Below, piece by piece: positions 12,921-28,287 of a DNA stretch of 64,000 nucleotides. The stretch is taken from positions 22,134,001 to 22,198,000 of the forward strand of contig OZ024762.1 in NCBI GenBank assembly GCA_964016885.1. Reading direction: 5' to 3'. The notes under the pieces were generated by a model that was not told the DNA's origin, searched no databases, and worked only from the letters and a program-made list of their open reading frames with translations. Every line of letters starts with the position of its first letter. Within the stretch, counting starts at the first letter, position 1. Origin of the DNA: Eledone cirrhosa (lineage: Eukaryota). The translations under genes and the position numbers were made by a program.

Positions 12921-14132
12921 CTATGAAAGAGTGATGCTAGGGCTATGCAATCTTGCATGTTGAAAAATAAACCTATGAAGGAGTGATGTTAGAGCTGTGC
13001 AATCTTGCATGTTGAAAAATAAACCTCATTTGGTCATTCCATGAGAGTATCTTGGTCAGCCTATGAAGGAGTGATGCTAGAGCTGTGCAATCTTGCATGT
13101 TGAAAAATATGCCTCATTTGGTCATTCCATGAGATTATCTTGGTCAGCCTATGAAGGAGTGATGCTAGAGCTGTGCAATCTTGCATGTTGAAAAATAAAC
13201 CTCATTTGGTCATTCCATGAGAGTATCTTGGTCAGCCTATGAAGGAGTGATGCTAGAGCTGTGCAATCTTGCATGTTGAAAAATAACCCTCATTTGGTCA
13301 TTCCATGAAAGTATCTATCTAAGCCTATGAAGGAGTGATGCTAGAGCTGTGAAATCTTGCATGTTGCAAAATAAACCTCATTTGATCATTCCATGAGACT
13401 ATCTTGGTCAGCTTATGAATGAGTGATGCTAGGGCTGTGCAATCTTGCATGTTGAAAAATAAACCTCATTTGGTCATTCCATGAGAGTATCTTGGTCAGC
13501 CTATGAAGGAGTGATGCTAGAGCTGTGAAATCTTGCATGTTGAAAAATAAACCTCATTTGGTCATTCCATAAGAGTATCTTGGTCAGCCTATGAAGGAGT
13601 GATGCTAGAGGTGTGCAATCTTGCATGTTGAAAAATAAACCTCATTTGGTCATTCCATGAGAGTATCTTGTTCAGCCTATGAAGGAGTGAAGTTAGAGCT
13701 GTGCAATCTTGCATGTTGAAAAATAAACCTCATTTGGTCATTCCATGAGAGTATCTTGGTCAGCCTATGAAGGAGTGATGCTAGAGCTGTGAAATCTTGC
13801 ATGTTGAAAAATAAACCTCATTTGGTCATTCCATGAGAGTATCTTGGTCAGCCTATGAAGGAGTGATGCTAGAACTGTGCAATCTTGCATGTTGAAAAAT
13901 AAACCTCATTTGGTCATTCCATGAGAGTATCCTGGTCAGCCCATGAAGGATTGATGCTAGAGCTGTGAAATCTTGCATGTTGAAAAATAAACCGCATTTG
14001 GTCATTCCATGAGTGTATGTTGGTCAGCCTATGGAGGAGTGATGCTAGAGCTGTGCAATCTTGCATGTTGCAAAATAAACCTCATTTGTCATTCCATGAG
14101 AGTATCTTGGTCAGCCTATGAAGGAGTGATGC

Positions 14133-14190
14133 TATATATATATATAATTATATATACATGTATATATATATATACATGTATATATATATA
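14133..14190. repeat. 58-bp TA linker 2
   Basis: Identical to linker 1. Confidence 0.95.
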
Positions 14191-15902
14191 CTCTCATGGA
14201 ATGACCAAATGAGTTTTATTTTTCCACATGCAAGATTGCACAGCTCTAGCATCACTCCTTCATAGGCTGACCAAGATACTCTCATGGAATGACCAAATGA
14301 GGTTTATTTTTCCACATGCAACATTGCACAGCTCTAGCATCACTCCTTCATAGGCTGACCAAGATACTCTCATGGAATGACCAAATGAGGTTTATTTTTC
14401 AACATGCAAGATTGCACAGCTCTAGCATCACTCCTTCATAGGCTGACCAATATACTCTCATGGAATGACTAAATGAGGTTTATTTTTCAACATGCAAGAT
14501 TTCACAGCTCTAGCATCACTCCTCCATAGGCTGACCAAGATATTCTCATGGAATGACCAAATGAGGTTTATTTTTCAACATGCAATATTGCACAGCTCTA
14601 GCATCACTCCTTCATAGGCTGACCAAGATATTCTCATGGAATGACCAAATGAGGTATATTTTTCAACATGCAAGATTGCACAGCTCCAGCATCACTCCTT
14701 CATAGGCTGACCAATATACTCTCATAGAATGACCAAATGAGGTTTATTTTTCAACATGCAAGATTGCACAGCTCTAGCATCACTCCTTCATAGGCTGACC
14801 AAGATACTGTCATGGAATGAACAAATGAGGTTTATTTTTCAACATGCAAGATTGCACACCTCTAGCATCACTCCTTCATAGGCTGACCAAGATACTCTCA
14901 TGGAAAGACCAAATGAGGTTTTTTTTTCAACATGCAAGATTGCACAGCTCTAGCATCACTCCTTCATAGGCTGAGCAAGATACTCTCATGGAATGACCAA
15001 ATGAGGTTGTTTTTTTTCAACATGCAAGATTGCACAGCTCTAGCATCACTCCTACATAGGCTGACCAAGATACTCTCATGGAATGACCAAATGAGGTTTA
15101 TTTTTCAACATGCAATATTGCACAGCTCTAGCATCACTCCTTCATAGGCTGACCAAGATACTCTCATGGAATGACCAAATGAGGTTTATTTTTCAACATG
15201 CAAGATTTCACAGTTCTAGCATCACTCCTTCATAGGCTGACCAAGATACTCTCATGGAATGACCAAATGAGGTTTATTTTTCAACATGCAAGATTGCACA
15301 GCTCTAGCATCACTCCTTCATAGTCTGACCAAGATACTCTGATGGAATGACCAATTGAGGTTTATTTTTCAACATGCAAGATTGCACAGCTCTAGCATCA
15401 CTCCTTCATAGGCTGACCAAGATACTCTCATGGAATGACCAAATGAGGTATATTTTTCAACATGCAAGATTTCACAGCTCTAGCATCACTCCTTCATAGG
15501 CTGACCAATATAATCTCATGGAATGACCAAATGAGTTTTATTTTTCAACATGCAAGATTGCACAGCTCTAGCATCACTCCTTCATAGGCTGACCAAGATA
15601 CTGTCATGGAATGAACAAATGAGGTTTATTTTTCAACATGCAAGATTACACAGCTCTAGCATCACTCCTTCATAGGCTGACCAAGATACTCTCATGGAAT
15701 GACCAAATGAGGTTAATATTTCACATGCAAGATTGCACAGCTCTAGCATTACTCCTTCATAGGCTGACCAAGATACTCTCATGGAATGACCAAATGAGGT
15801 TTATTTTTCAACATGCAAGATTTCACAGCTCTAACATCACTCCTTCATAGGTTTATTTTTCAACATGCAAGATTGCACAGCCCTAGCATCACTCTTTCAT
15901 AG

Positions 15903-16459
15903 TGAGCCTATGAACTTTTAAGCCTACCTTATATGCAAATTATTAAGAAATTCGAAATAATTTTTGCACCCATTTTTGCGATTAAGTAAAGACGGAGTTA
16001 TCGTTCTTGAGATTTCGGCTCGTGGAAATTTAAGGAACTGATGTCGCTAAATCGCCAAATCATTTACCTGCCCCGTTGCCTCATGGGAGGGTAATGGCTG
16101 CCTTTTATTTTTTAAACGATGGCAGATTCTTTAGTTTCTTTCGCAGAATCTTGTTCCTTGTTTCATATAAGTAAATAATTAAAACATTTTGGCGAGAAGG
16201 ATATTGAAAAGTCTGCTGTTGTTTTAAAAAAATAAAAGGCAGCCATTACCCTCCCATGGTGCAACGGGGCAGGTAAATGATTTGGCGATTTAGCGACATC
16301 AGTTCCTCAAATTTCTCCGAGCCGAAATCTCAAGAACGATAACTCCGTCTTTACTTAATCGCAAAAATGGGTGCAAAAATTATTTCGAATTTCTTAGTAA
16401 TTGTTTGTACATACTTACATTGTTTGCATATAAGGTAGGCTTAAAAGTTCATAGGCTCA
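15903..16459. repeat. Palindromic hub 3 (557 bp)
   Basis: Copy of hub 2, 3539 bp downstream. Confidence 0.95.
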
Positions 16460-17671
16460 CTATGAAAGAGTGATGCTAGGGCTATGCAATCTTGCATGTT
16501 GAAAAATAAACCTATGAAGGAGTGATGTTAGAGCTGTGCAATCTTGCATGTTGAAAAATAAACCTCATTTGGTCATTCCATGAGAGTATCTTGGTCAGCC
16601 TATGAAGGAGTGATGCTAGAGCTGTGCAATCTTGCATGTTGAAAAATATGCCTCATTTGGTCATTCCATGAGATTATCTTGGTCAGCCTATGAAGGAGTG
16701 ATGCTAGAGCTGTGCAATCTTGCATGTTGAAAAATAAACCTCATTTGGTCATTCCATGAGAGTATCTTGGTCAGCCTATGAAGGAGTGATGCTAGAGCTG
16801 TGCAATCTTGCATGTTGAAAAATAACCCTCATTTGGTCATTCCATGAAAGTATCTATCTAAGCCTATGAAGGAGTGATGCTAGAGCTGTGAAATCTTGCA
16901 TGTTGCAAAATAAACCTCATTTGATCATTCCATGAGACTATCTTGGTCAGCTTATGAATGAGTGATGCTAGGGCTGTGCAATCTTGCATGTTGAAAAATA
17001 AACCTCATTTGGTCATTCCATGAGAGTATCTTGGTCAGCCTATGAAGGAGTGATGCTAGAGCTGTGAAATCTTGCATGTTGAAAAATAAACCTCATTTGG
17101 TCATTCCATAAGAGTATCTTGGTCAGCCTATGAAGGAGTGATGCTAGAGGTGTGCAATCTTGCATGTTGAAAAATAAACCTCATTTGGTCATTCCATGAG
17201 AGTATCTTGTTCAGCCTATGAAGGAGTGAAGTTAGAGCTGTGCAATCTTGCATGTTGAAAAATAAACCTCATTTGGTCATTCCATGAGAGTATCTTGGTC
17301 AGCCTATGAAGGAGTGATGCTAGAGCTGTGAAATCTTGCATGTTGAAAAATAAACCTCATTTGGTCATTCCATGAGAGTATCTTGGTCAGCCTATGAAGG
17401 AGTGATGCTAGAACTGTGCAATCTTGCATGTTGAAAAATAAACCTCATTTGGTCATTCCATGAGAGTATCCTGGTCAGCCCATGAAGGATTGATGCTAGA
17501 GCTGTGAAATCTTGCATGTTGAAAAATAAACCGCATTTGGTCATTCCATGAGTGTATGTTGGTCAGCCTATGAAGGAGTGATGCTAGAGCTGTGCAATCT
17601 TGCATGTTGCAAAATAAACCTCATTTGTCATTCCATGAGAGTATCTTGGTCAGCCTATGAAGGAGTGATGC

Positions 17672-17729
17672 TATATATATATATAATTATATATACATGT
17701 ATATATATATATACATGTATATATATATA
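17672..17729. repeat. 58-bp TA linker 3
   Basis: Identical to linker 1. Confidence 0.95.
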
Positions 17730-20700
17730 CTCTCATGGAATGACCAAATGAGTTTTATTTTTCCACATGCAAGATTGCACAGCTCTAGCATCACTCCTTC
17801 ATAGGCTGACCAAGATACTCTCATGGAATGACCAAATGAGGTTTATTTTTCCACATGCAACATTGCACAGCTCTAGCATCACTCCTTCATAGGCTGACCA
17901 AGATACTCTCATGGAATGACCAAATGAGGTTTATTTTTCAACATGCAAGATTGCACAGCTCTAGCATCACTCCTTCATAGGCTGACCAATATACTCTCAT
18001 GGAATGACTAAATGAGGTTTATTTTTCAACATTCAAGATTTCACAGCTCTAGCATCACTCCTCCATAGGCTGACCAAGATATTCTCATGGAATGACCAAA
18101 TGAGGTTTATTTTTCAACATGCAATATTGCACAGCTCTAGCATCACTCCTTCATAGGCTGACCAAGATATTCTCATGGAATGACCAAATGAGGTATATTT
18201 TTCAACATGCAAGATTGCACAGCTCCAGCATCACTCCTTCATAGGCTGACCAATATACTCTCATAGAATGACCAAATGAGGTTTATTTTTCAACATGCAA
18301 GATTGCACAGCTCTAGCATCACTCCTTCATAGGCTGACCAAGATACTGTCATGGAATGAACAAATGAGGTTTATTTTTCAACATGCAAGATTGCACACCT
18401 CTAGCATCACTCCTTCATAGGCTGACCAAGATACTCTCATGGAAAGACCAAATGAGGTTTTTTTTTCAACATGCAAGATTGCACAGCTCTAGCATCACTC
18501 CTTCATAGGCTGAGCAAGATACTCTCATGGAATGACCAAATGAGGTTGTTTTTTTTCAACATGCAAGATTGCACAGCTCTAGCATCACTCCTACATAGGC
18601 TGACCAAGATACTCTCATGGAATGACCAAATGAGGTTTATTTTTCAACATGCAATATTGCACAGCTCTAGCATCACTCCTTCATAGGCTGACCAAGATAC
18701 TCTCATGGAATGACCAAATGAGGTTTATTTTTCAACATGCAAGATTTCACAGTTCTAGCATCACTCCTTCATAGGCTGACCAAGATACTCTCATGGAATG
18801 ACCAAATGAGGTTTATTTTTCAACATGCAAGATTGCACAGCTCTAGCATCACTCCTTCATAGGCTGACCAAGATACTCTGATGGAATGACCAATTGAGGT
18901 TTATTTTTCAACATGCAAGATTGCACAGCTCTAGCATCACTCCTTCATAGGCTGACCAAGATACTCTCATGGAATGACCAAATGAGGTATATTTTTCAAC
19001 TTGCAAGATTGCACAGCTCTAGCATCACTCCTTCATAGGCTGACCAATATACTCTCATGGAATGACCAAATGAGGTTTATTTTTCAACATGCAAGATTTC
19101 ACAGCTCTAGCATCACTCCTTCATAGGCTGACCAAGATACTCTCATGGAATGACCAAATGAGGTTTATTTTTCAACATGCAATATTGCACAGCTCTAGCA
19201 TCACTCCTTCATAGGCTGACCAATATAGTCTCATGGAATGACCAAATGAGGTTTATTTTTCAACATGCAAGATTTCACAGCTCTAGCATCACTCCTTCAT
19301 AGGCTGACCAAGATACTCTCATGGAATGACCAAATGAGGTTTATTTTTCAACATGCAAGATTGCACAGCTCTAGCATCACTCCTTCATAGGCTGACCAAG
19401 ATACTCTCTTGGAATGACCAATTGAGATTTATTTTTCAACATGCAAGATTGCACAGCTCTAGCATCACTCCTTCATAGGCTGACCAAGATACTCTCATGG
19501 AATGACCAAATGAGGTATATTTTTCAACATGCAAGATTGCACAGCTCTGGCATCACTCCTTCATAGGCTGACCAATATACTCTCATGGAATGACCAAATG
19601 AGGTTTATTTTTCAACATGCAAGATTGCACAGCTCTAGCATAATTCCTTCATAGGCTGACCAAGATAATCTCATGGAATGACCAAATGAGGTATATTTTT
19701 CAACATGCAAGATTGCACAGCTCTAGCATCACTCCTTCATAGGCTGACCAATATACTCTCATGGAATGACCAAATGAGGTTTATTTTTCAACATGCAAGA
19801 TTTCACAGCTCTAGCATCACTCCTTCATAGACTGACCAAGATACTCTCATGGAATGACCAAATGAGGTTTATTTTTCAACATGCAATATTGCACAGCTCT
19901 AGCATCACTCCTTCATAGGCTGACCAAGATACTCTCATGGAATGACCAAATGAGGTTTATTTTTCAACATGCAAGATTTCACAGCTCTAGCATCACTCCT
20001 TCATAGGCTGACCAAGATACTCTCATGGAATGACCAAATGAGGTTTATTTTTCAACATGCAAGATTGCACAGCTCTAGCATCACTTCTTCATAGGCTGAC
20101 CAAGATACTCTCATGGAATGACCAATTGAGGTTTATTTTTAAAACATGCAAGATTGCACAGCTCTAGCATCACTCCTTCATAGGCTGACCAAGATACTCT
20201 CATGGAATGACCAAATGAGGTATATTTTTCAACATGCAAGATTGCACAGCTCTAGCATCACTCCTTCATAGGCTGACCAATATAATCTCATGGAATGACC
20301 AAATGAGATTTATTTTTCAACATGCAAGATTGCACAGCTCTAGCATCACTCCTTCATAGGCTGACCAAGATACTGTCATGGAATGAACAAATGAGGTTTA
20401 TTTTTCAACATGCAAGATTACACAGCTCTAGCATCACTCCTTCATAGGCTGACCAAGATACTCTCATGGAATGACCAAATGAGGTTAATATTTCACATGC
20501 AAGATTGCACAGCTCTAGCATTACTCCTTCATAGGCTGACCAAGATACTGTCATGGAATGAACAAATGAGGTTTATTTTTCAACATGCAAGATTACACAG
20601 CTCTAGCATCACTCCTTCATAGGCTGACCAAGATACTCTCATGGAATGACCAAATGAGGTTAATATTTCACATGCAAGATTGCACAGCTCTAGCATTACT

Positions 20701-20849
20701 CCTTCATAGGCTGACCAAGATACTCTCATGGAATGACCAAATGAGGTTTATTTTTCAACATGCAAGATTTCACAGCTCTAACATCACTCCTTCATAGGTT
20801 TATTTTTCAACATGCAAGATTGCACAGCCCTAGCATCACTCTTTCATAG

Positions 20850-21406
20850 TGAGCCTATGAACTTTTAAGCCTACCTTATATGCAAATTATTAAGAAATTC
20901 GAAATAATTTTTGCACCCATTTTTGCGATTAAGTAAAGACGGAGTTATCGTTCTTGAGATTTCGGCTCGTGGAAATTTAAGGAACTGATGTCGCTAAATC
21001 GCCAAATCATTTACCTGCCCCGTTGCCTCATGGGAGGGTAATGGCTGCCTTTTATTTTTTAAACGATGGCAGATTCTTTAGTTTCTTTCGCAGAATCTTG
21101 TTCCTTGTTTCATATAAGTAAATCATTAAAACATTTTGGCGAGAAGGATATTGAAAAGTCTGCTGTTGTTTTAAAAAAATAAAAGGCAGCCATTACCCTC
21201 CCATGGTGCAACGGGGCAGGTAAATGATTTGGCGATTTAGCGACATCAGTTCCTCAAATTTCTCCGAGCCGAAATCTCAAGAACGATAACTCCGTCTTTA
21301 CTTAATCGCAAAAATGGGTGCAAAAATTATTTCGAATTTCTTAGTAATTGTTTGTACATACTTACATTGTTTGCATATAAGGTAGGCTTAAAAGTTCATA
21401 GGCTCA
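20850..21406. repeat. Palindromic hub 4 (557 bp)
   Basis: Same termini, arms and centre orientation as hub 2. Confidence 0.95.
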
Positions 21407-23145
21407 CTATGAAAGAGTGATGCTAGGGCTATGCAATCTTGCATGTTGAAAAATAAACCTATGAAGGAGTGATGTTAGAGCTGTGCAATCTTGCATGTTG
21501 AAAAATAAACCTCATTTGGTCATTCCATGAGAGTATCTTGGTCAGCCTATGAAGGAGTAATGCTAGAGCTGTGAAATCTTGCATGTGAAATATTAACCTC
21601 ATTTGATCATTCCATGAGAGTATCTTGGTCAGCCTATGAAGGAGTGATGCTAGAGGTGTGCAATCTTGCATGTTGAAAAATAAACCTCATTTGGTCATTC
21701 CATGAGAGTATCTTGGTCAGCCTATGAAGGAGTGATGCTAGAGCTGTGTAATCTTGCATGTTGAAAAATAAACCTCATTTGTTCATTCCATGACAGTATC
21801 TTGGTCAGCCTATGAAGGAGTGATGCTAGAGCTGTGCAATCTTGCATGTTGAAAAATAAACCTCATTTGGTCATTCCATGAGAGTATATTGGTCAGCCTA
21901 TGAAGGAGTGATGCTAGAGCTGTGCAATCTTGCATGTTGAAAAATATACCTCATTTGGTCATTCCATGAGAGTATCTTGGTCAGCCTATGAAGGAGTGAT
22001 GCTAGAGCTGTGCAATCTTGCATGTTGAAAAATAAACCTCAGTTGGTCATTCCATGAGAGTATCGTGGTCAGCCTATGAAGGAGTGATGCTAGAGCTGTG
22101 AAATCTTGCATGTTGAAAAATAAACCTCATTTGGTCATTCCATGAGAGTATCTTGGTCAGCCTATGAAGGAGTGATGCTAGAGCTGTGCAATATTGCATG
22201 TTGAAAAATAAACCTCATTTGGTCATTCCATGAGAGTATCTTGGTCAGCCTATGAAGGAGTGATGCTAGAGCTGTGCAATCTTGCATGTTGAAAAATAAA
22301 CCTCATTTGGTCATTCCATGAGAGTATATTGGTCAGCCTATGAAGGAGTGATGCTAGAGCTGTGCAATCTTGCATGTTGAAAAATATACCTCATTTGGTC
22401 ATTCCATGAGAGTATCTTGGTCAGCCTATGAAGGAGTGATGCTAGAGCTGTGCAATCTCGCATGTTGAAAAATAACCCTCATTTGGTCATTCCATGAAAG
22501 TATCTATCTAAGCCTATGAAGGAGTGATGCTAGAGCTGTGAAATCTTGCATGTTGCAAAATAAACCTCATTTGATCATTCCATGAGACTATCTTGGTCAG
22601 CTTATGAATGAGTGATGCTAGGGCTGTGCAATCTTGCATGTTGAAAAATAAACCTCATTTGGTCATTCCATGAGAGTATCTTGGTCAGCCTATGAAGGAG
22701 TGATGCTAGAGCTGTGAAATCTTGCATGTTGAAAAATAAACCTCATTTGGTCATTCCATGAGAGTATCTTGGTCAGCCTATGAAGGAGTGATGCTAGAGG
22801 TGTGCAATCTTGCATGTTGAAAAATAAACCTCATTTGGTCATTCCATGAGAGTATCTTGTTCAGCCTATGAAGGAGTGATGTTAGAGCTGTGCAATCTTG
22901 CATGTTGAAGAATAAACCTCATTTGGTCATTCCATGAGAGTATCTTGGTCAGCCTTTGAAGGAGTGATGCTAGAGCTGTGAAATCTTGCATGTTGAAAAA
23001 TAAACCTCATTTGGTCATTCCATGAGAGTATCTTGGTCAGCCTATGAAGGAGTGATGCTAGAACTGTGCAATCTTGCATGTTGCAAAATAAACCTCATTT
23101 GTCATTCCATGAGAGTATCTTGGTCAGCCTATGAAGGAGTGATGC

Positions 23146-23203
23146 TATATATATATATAATTATATATACATGTATATATATATATACATGTATATATAT
23201 ATA
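23146..23203. repeat. 58-bp TA linker 4
   Basis: Identical to linker 1. Confidence 0.95.
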
Positions 23204-26200
23204 CTCTCATGGAATGACCAAATGAGTTTTATTTTTCCACATGCATGATTGCACAGCTCTAGCATCACTCCTTCATAGGCTGACCGAGATACTCTCATGG
23301 AATGACCAAATGAGGTTTATTTTTCAACATTCAAGATTGCACAGCTCTAGCATCACTCCTTCATAGGCTGACCAAGATACTCTCATGGAATGACCAAATG
23401 AGGTTTATTTTTCAACATGCAAGATTGCACAGCTCTAGCATCACTCCTTCATAGGCTGACCAATATACTCTCATGGAATGACCAAATGAGGTTTATTTTT
23501 CAACATGCAAGATTGCACAGCTCTAGCATCACTCCTTCATAGGCTGACCAAGATAATCTCATGGAATGACCAAATGAGGTATATTTTTCAACATGCAAGA
23601 TTGCACAGCACTAGCATCACTCCTTCATAGGCTGACCAATATAGTCTCATGGAATGACCAAATGAGGTTTATTTTTCAACATGCAAGATTTCACAGCTCT
23701 AGGATCACTCCTTCATAGGCTGACCAAGATATTCTCATGGAATGACCAAATGAGGTTTATTTTTCAACATGCAATATTGCACAGCTCTAGCATCACTCCT
23801 TCATAGGCTGACCAAGATACTCTCATGGAATGACCAAATGAGGTTTATTTTTCAACATGCAAGATTTCACAGCTCTAGCATCACTCCTTCATAGGCTGAC
23901 CAAGATACTCTCATGGAATAACCAAATGAGGTTTATTTTTCAACATGCAAGATTGCACAGCTCTAGCATCACTCCTTCATAGGCTGACCAAGATACTCTC
24001 ATGGAATGACCAATTGAGGTTTATTTTTCAACATGCAAGATTGCACAGCTCTAGCATCACTCCTTCATAGGCTGACCAAGATACTCTCATGGAATGACCA
24101 AATGAGGTATATTTTTCAACATGCAAGATTGCACAGCTCTAGCATCACTCCTTCATAGGCTGATCAATATACTCTCATGGAATGACCAAATGAGGTTTAT
24201 TTTTCAACATGCAAGATTGCACAGCTCTAGCATCACTCCTTCATAGGCTGACCAAGATACTGTCATGGAATGAACAAATGAGGTTTATTTTTCAACATGC
24301 AAGATTACACAGCTCTGGCATCACTCCTTCATAGGCTGACCAAGATACTCTCATGGAATGACCAAATGAGGTTTATTTTTCAACATGCAAGATTGCACAG
24401 CTCTAGCATCACTCCTTCATAGGCTGACCAAGATACTGTCATGGAATGAACAAATGAGGTTTATTTTTCAACATGCAAGATTGCACAGCTCTAGCATCAC
24501 TCCTTCATAGGCTGACCAAGATACTCTCATGGAATGACCAAATGAGGTTTATTTTTCAACATGCAAGATTGCACACCTCTAGCATCACTCCTTCATAGGC
24601 TGGCCAAGTTACTCTCATGGATTGACCAAATGAGGTTTATTTTTCCACATGCAAGATTGCACAGCTCTAACATCACTCCTTCATAGGCTGACTAAGATAC
24701 TCTCATGGAATGACCAAATGAGGTTTATCTTTCCACATGCAACATTGCACAGCTCTAGCATCACTCCTTCATAGGCTGACCAAGATACTCTCATGGAATG
24801 ACCAAATGAGGTTTATTTTTCAACATGCAAGATTGCACAGCTCTAGCATCACTCCTTCATAGGCTGACCAAGATACTCTCATGGAATGACCAAATGAGGT
24901 TTATTTTTCCACATGCAACATTGCACAGCTCTAGCATCACTCCTTCATAGACTGACCAAGATACTCTCATGGAATGACCAAATGAGGTTTATTTTTCCAC
25001 ATGCAACATTGCACAGCTCTAGCATCACTCCTTCATAGGCTGACCAAGATACTCTCATGGAATGACCAAATGAGGTTTATTTTTTTACATGCAAAAATGC
25101 ACAACTCTAGCATTACTCCTTCATAGGCTGACCAAGATACTCTCATGGAAAGACCAAATGAGGTTTTTTTTTCAACATGCAAGATTTCACAGCTCTAGCA
25201 TCACTCCTCCATAGGCTGACCAAGATATTCTCATGGAATGACCAAATGAGGTTTATTTTTCAACATGCAATATTGCACAGCTCTAGCATCACTCCTTCAT
25301 AGGCTGACCAAGATATTCTCATGGAATGACCAAATGAGGTATATTTTTCAACATGCAAGATTGCACAGCTCCAGCATCACTCCTTCATAGGCTGACCAAT
25401 ATACTCTCATAGAATGACCAAATGAGGTTTATTTTTCAACATGCAAGATTGCACAGCTCTAGCATCACTCCTTCATAGGCTGACCAAGATACTGTCATGG
25501 AATGAACAAATGAGGTTTATTTTTCAACATGCAAGATTGCACACCTCTAGCATCACTCCTTCATAGGCTGACCAAGATACTCTCATGGAAAGACCAAATG
25601 AGGTTTTTTTTTCAACATGCAAGATTGCACAGCTCTAGCATCACTCCTTCATAGGCTGAGCAAGATACTCTCATGGAATGACCAAATGAGGTTGTTTTTT
25701 TTCAACATGCAAGATTGCACAGCTCTAGCATCACTCCTACATAGGCTGACCAAGATACTCTCATGGAATGACCAAATGAGGTTTATTTTTCAACATGCAA
25801 TATTGCACAGCTCTAGCATCACTCCTTCATAGGCTGACCAAGATACTCTCATGGAATGACCAAATGAGGTTTATTTTTCAACATGCAAGATTTCACAGCT
25901 CTAGCATCACTCCTACATAGGCTGACCAAGATACTCTCATGGAATGACCAAATGAGGTTTATTTTTCAACATGCAACATTGCACAGCTCTAGCATCACTC
26001 CTTCATAGGCTGACCAAGATACTCTGATGGAATGACCAATTGAGGTTTATTTTTCAACATGCAAGATTGCACAGCTCTAGCATCACTCCTTCATAGGCTG
26101 ACCAAGATACTCTCATGGAATGACCAAATGAGGTATATTTTTCAACTTGCAAGATTGCACAGCTCTAGCATCACTCCTTCATAGGCTGACCAATATACTC

Positions 26201-27730
26201 TCATGGAATGACCAAATGAGGTTTATTTTTCAACATGCAAGATTGCACAGCTCTAGCATCACTCCTTCATAGGCTGACCAAGATACTCTCTTGGAATGAC
26301 CAATTGAGATTTATTTTTCAACATGCAAGATTGCACAGCTCTAGCATCACTCCTTCATAGGCTGACCAAGATACTCTCATGGAATGACCAAATGAGGTAT
26401 ATTTTTCAACATGCAAGATTGCACAGCTCTGGCATCACTCCTTCATAGGCTGACCAATATACTCTCATGGAATGACCAAATGAGGTTTATTTTTCAATAT
26501 GCAAGATTGCACAGCTCTAGCATAATTCCTTCATAGGCTGACCAAGATAATCTCATGGAATGACCAAATGAGGTATATTTTTCAACATGCAAGATTGCAC
26601 AGCTCTAGCATCACTCCTTCATAGGCTGACCAATATACTCTCATGGAATGACCAAATGAGGTTTATTTTTCAACATGCAAGATTTCACAGCTCTAGCATC
26701 ACTCCTTCATAGACTGACCAAGATACTCTCATGGAATGACCAAATGAGGTTTATTTTTCAACATGCAATATTGCACAGCTCTAGCATCACTCCTTCATAG
26801 GCTGACCAAGATACTCTCATGGAATGACCAAATGAGGTTTATTTTTCAACATGCAAGATTTCACAGCTCTAGCATCACTCCTTCATAGGCTGACCAAGAT
26901 ACTCTCATGGAATGACCAAATGAGGTTTATTTTTCAACATACAAGATTGCACAGCTCTAGCATCACTTCTTCATAGGCTGACCAAGATACTCTCATGGAA
27001 TGACCAATTGAGGTTTATTTTTCAACATGCAAGATTGCACAGCTCTAGCATCACTCCTTCATAGGCTGACCAAGATACTCTCATGGAATGACCAAATGAG
27101 GTATATTTTTCAACATGCAAGATTGCACAGCTCTAGCATCACTCCTTCATAGGCTGACCAATATAATCTCATGGAATGACCAAATGAGATTTATTTTTCA
27201 ACATGCAAGATTGCACAGCTCTAGCATCACTCCTTCATAGGCTGACCAAGATACTGTCATGGAATGAACAAATGAGGTTTATTTTTCAACATGCAAGATT
27301 ACACAGCTCTAGCATCACTCCTTCATAGGCTGACCAAGATACTCTCATGGAATGACCAAATGAGGTTAATATTTCACATGCAAGATTGCACAGCTCTAGC
27401 ATTACTCCTTCATAGGCTGACCAAGATACTGTCATGGAATGAACAAATGAGGTTTATTTTTCAACATGCAAGATTACACAGCTCTAGCATCACTCCTTCA
27501 TAGGCTGACCAAGATACTCTCATGGAATGACCAAATGAGGTTAATATTTCACATGCAAGATTGCACAGCTCTAGCATTACTCCTTCATAGGCTGACCAAG
27601 ATACTCTCATGGAATGACCAAATGAGGTTTATTTTTCAACATGCAAGATTTCACAGCTCTAACATCACTCCTTCATAGGTTTATTTTTCAACATGCAAGA
27701 TTGCACAGCCCTAGCATCACTCTTTCATAG

Positions 27731-28287
27731 TGAGCCTATGAACTTTTAAGCCTACCTTATATGCAAATTATTAAGAAATTCGAAATAATTTTTGCACCCA
27801 TTTTTGCGATTAAGTAAAGACGGAGTTATCGTTCTTGAGATTTCGGCTCGTGGAAATTTAAGGAACTGATGTCGCTAAATCGCCAAATCATTTACCTGCC
27901 CCGTTGCCTCATGGGAGGGTAATGGCTGCCTTTTATTTTTTAAACGATGGCAGATTCTTTAGTTTCTTTCGCAGAATCTTGTTCCTTGTTTCATATAAGT
28001 AAATAATTAAAACATTTTGGCGAGAAGGATATTGAAAAGTCTGCTGTTGTTTTAAAAAAATAAAAGGCAGCCATTACCCTCCCATGGTGCAACGGGGCAG
28101 GTAAATGATTTGGCGATTTAGCGACATCAGTTCCTCAAATTTCTCCGAGCCGAAATCTCAAGAACGATAACTCCGTCTTTACTTAATCGCAAAAATGGGT
28201 GCAAAAATTATTTCGAATTTCTTAGTAATTGTTTGTACATACTTACATTGTTTGCATATAAGGTAGGCTTAAAAGTTCATAGGCTCA
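27731..28287. repeat. Palindromic hub 5 (557 bp)
   Basis: Same termini, arms and centre orientation as hub 2. Confidence 0.95.
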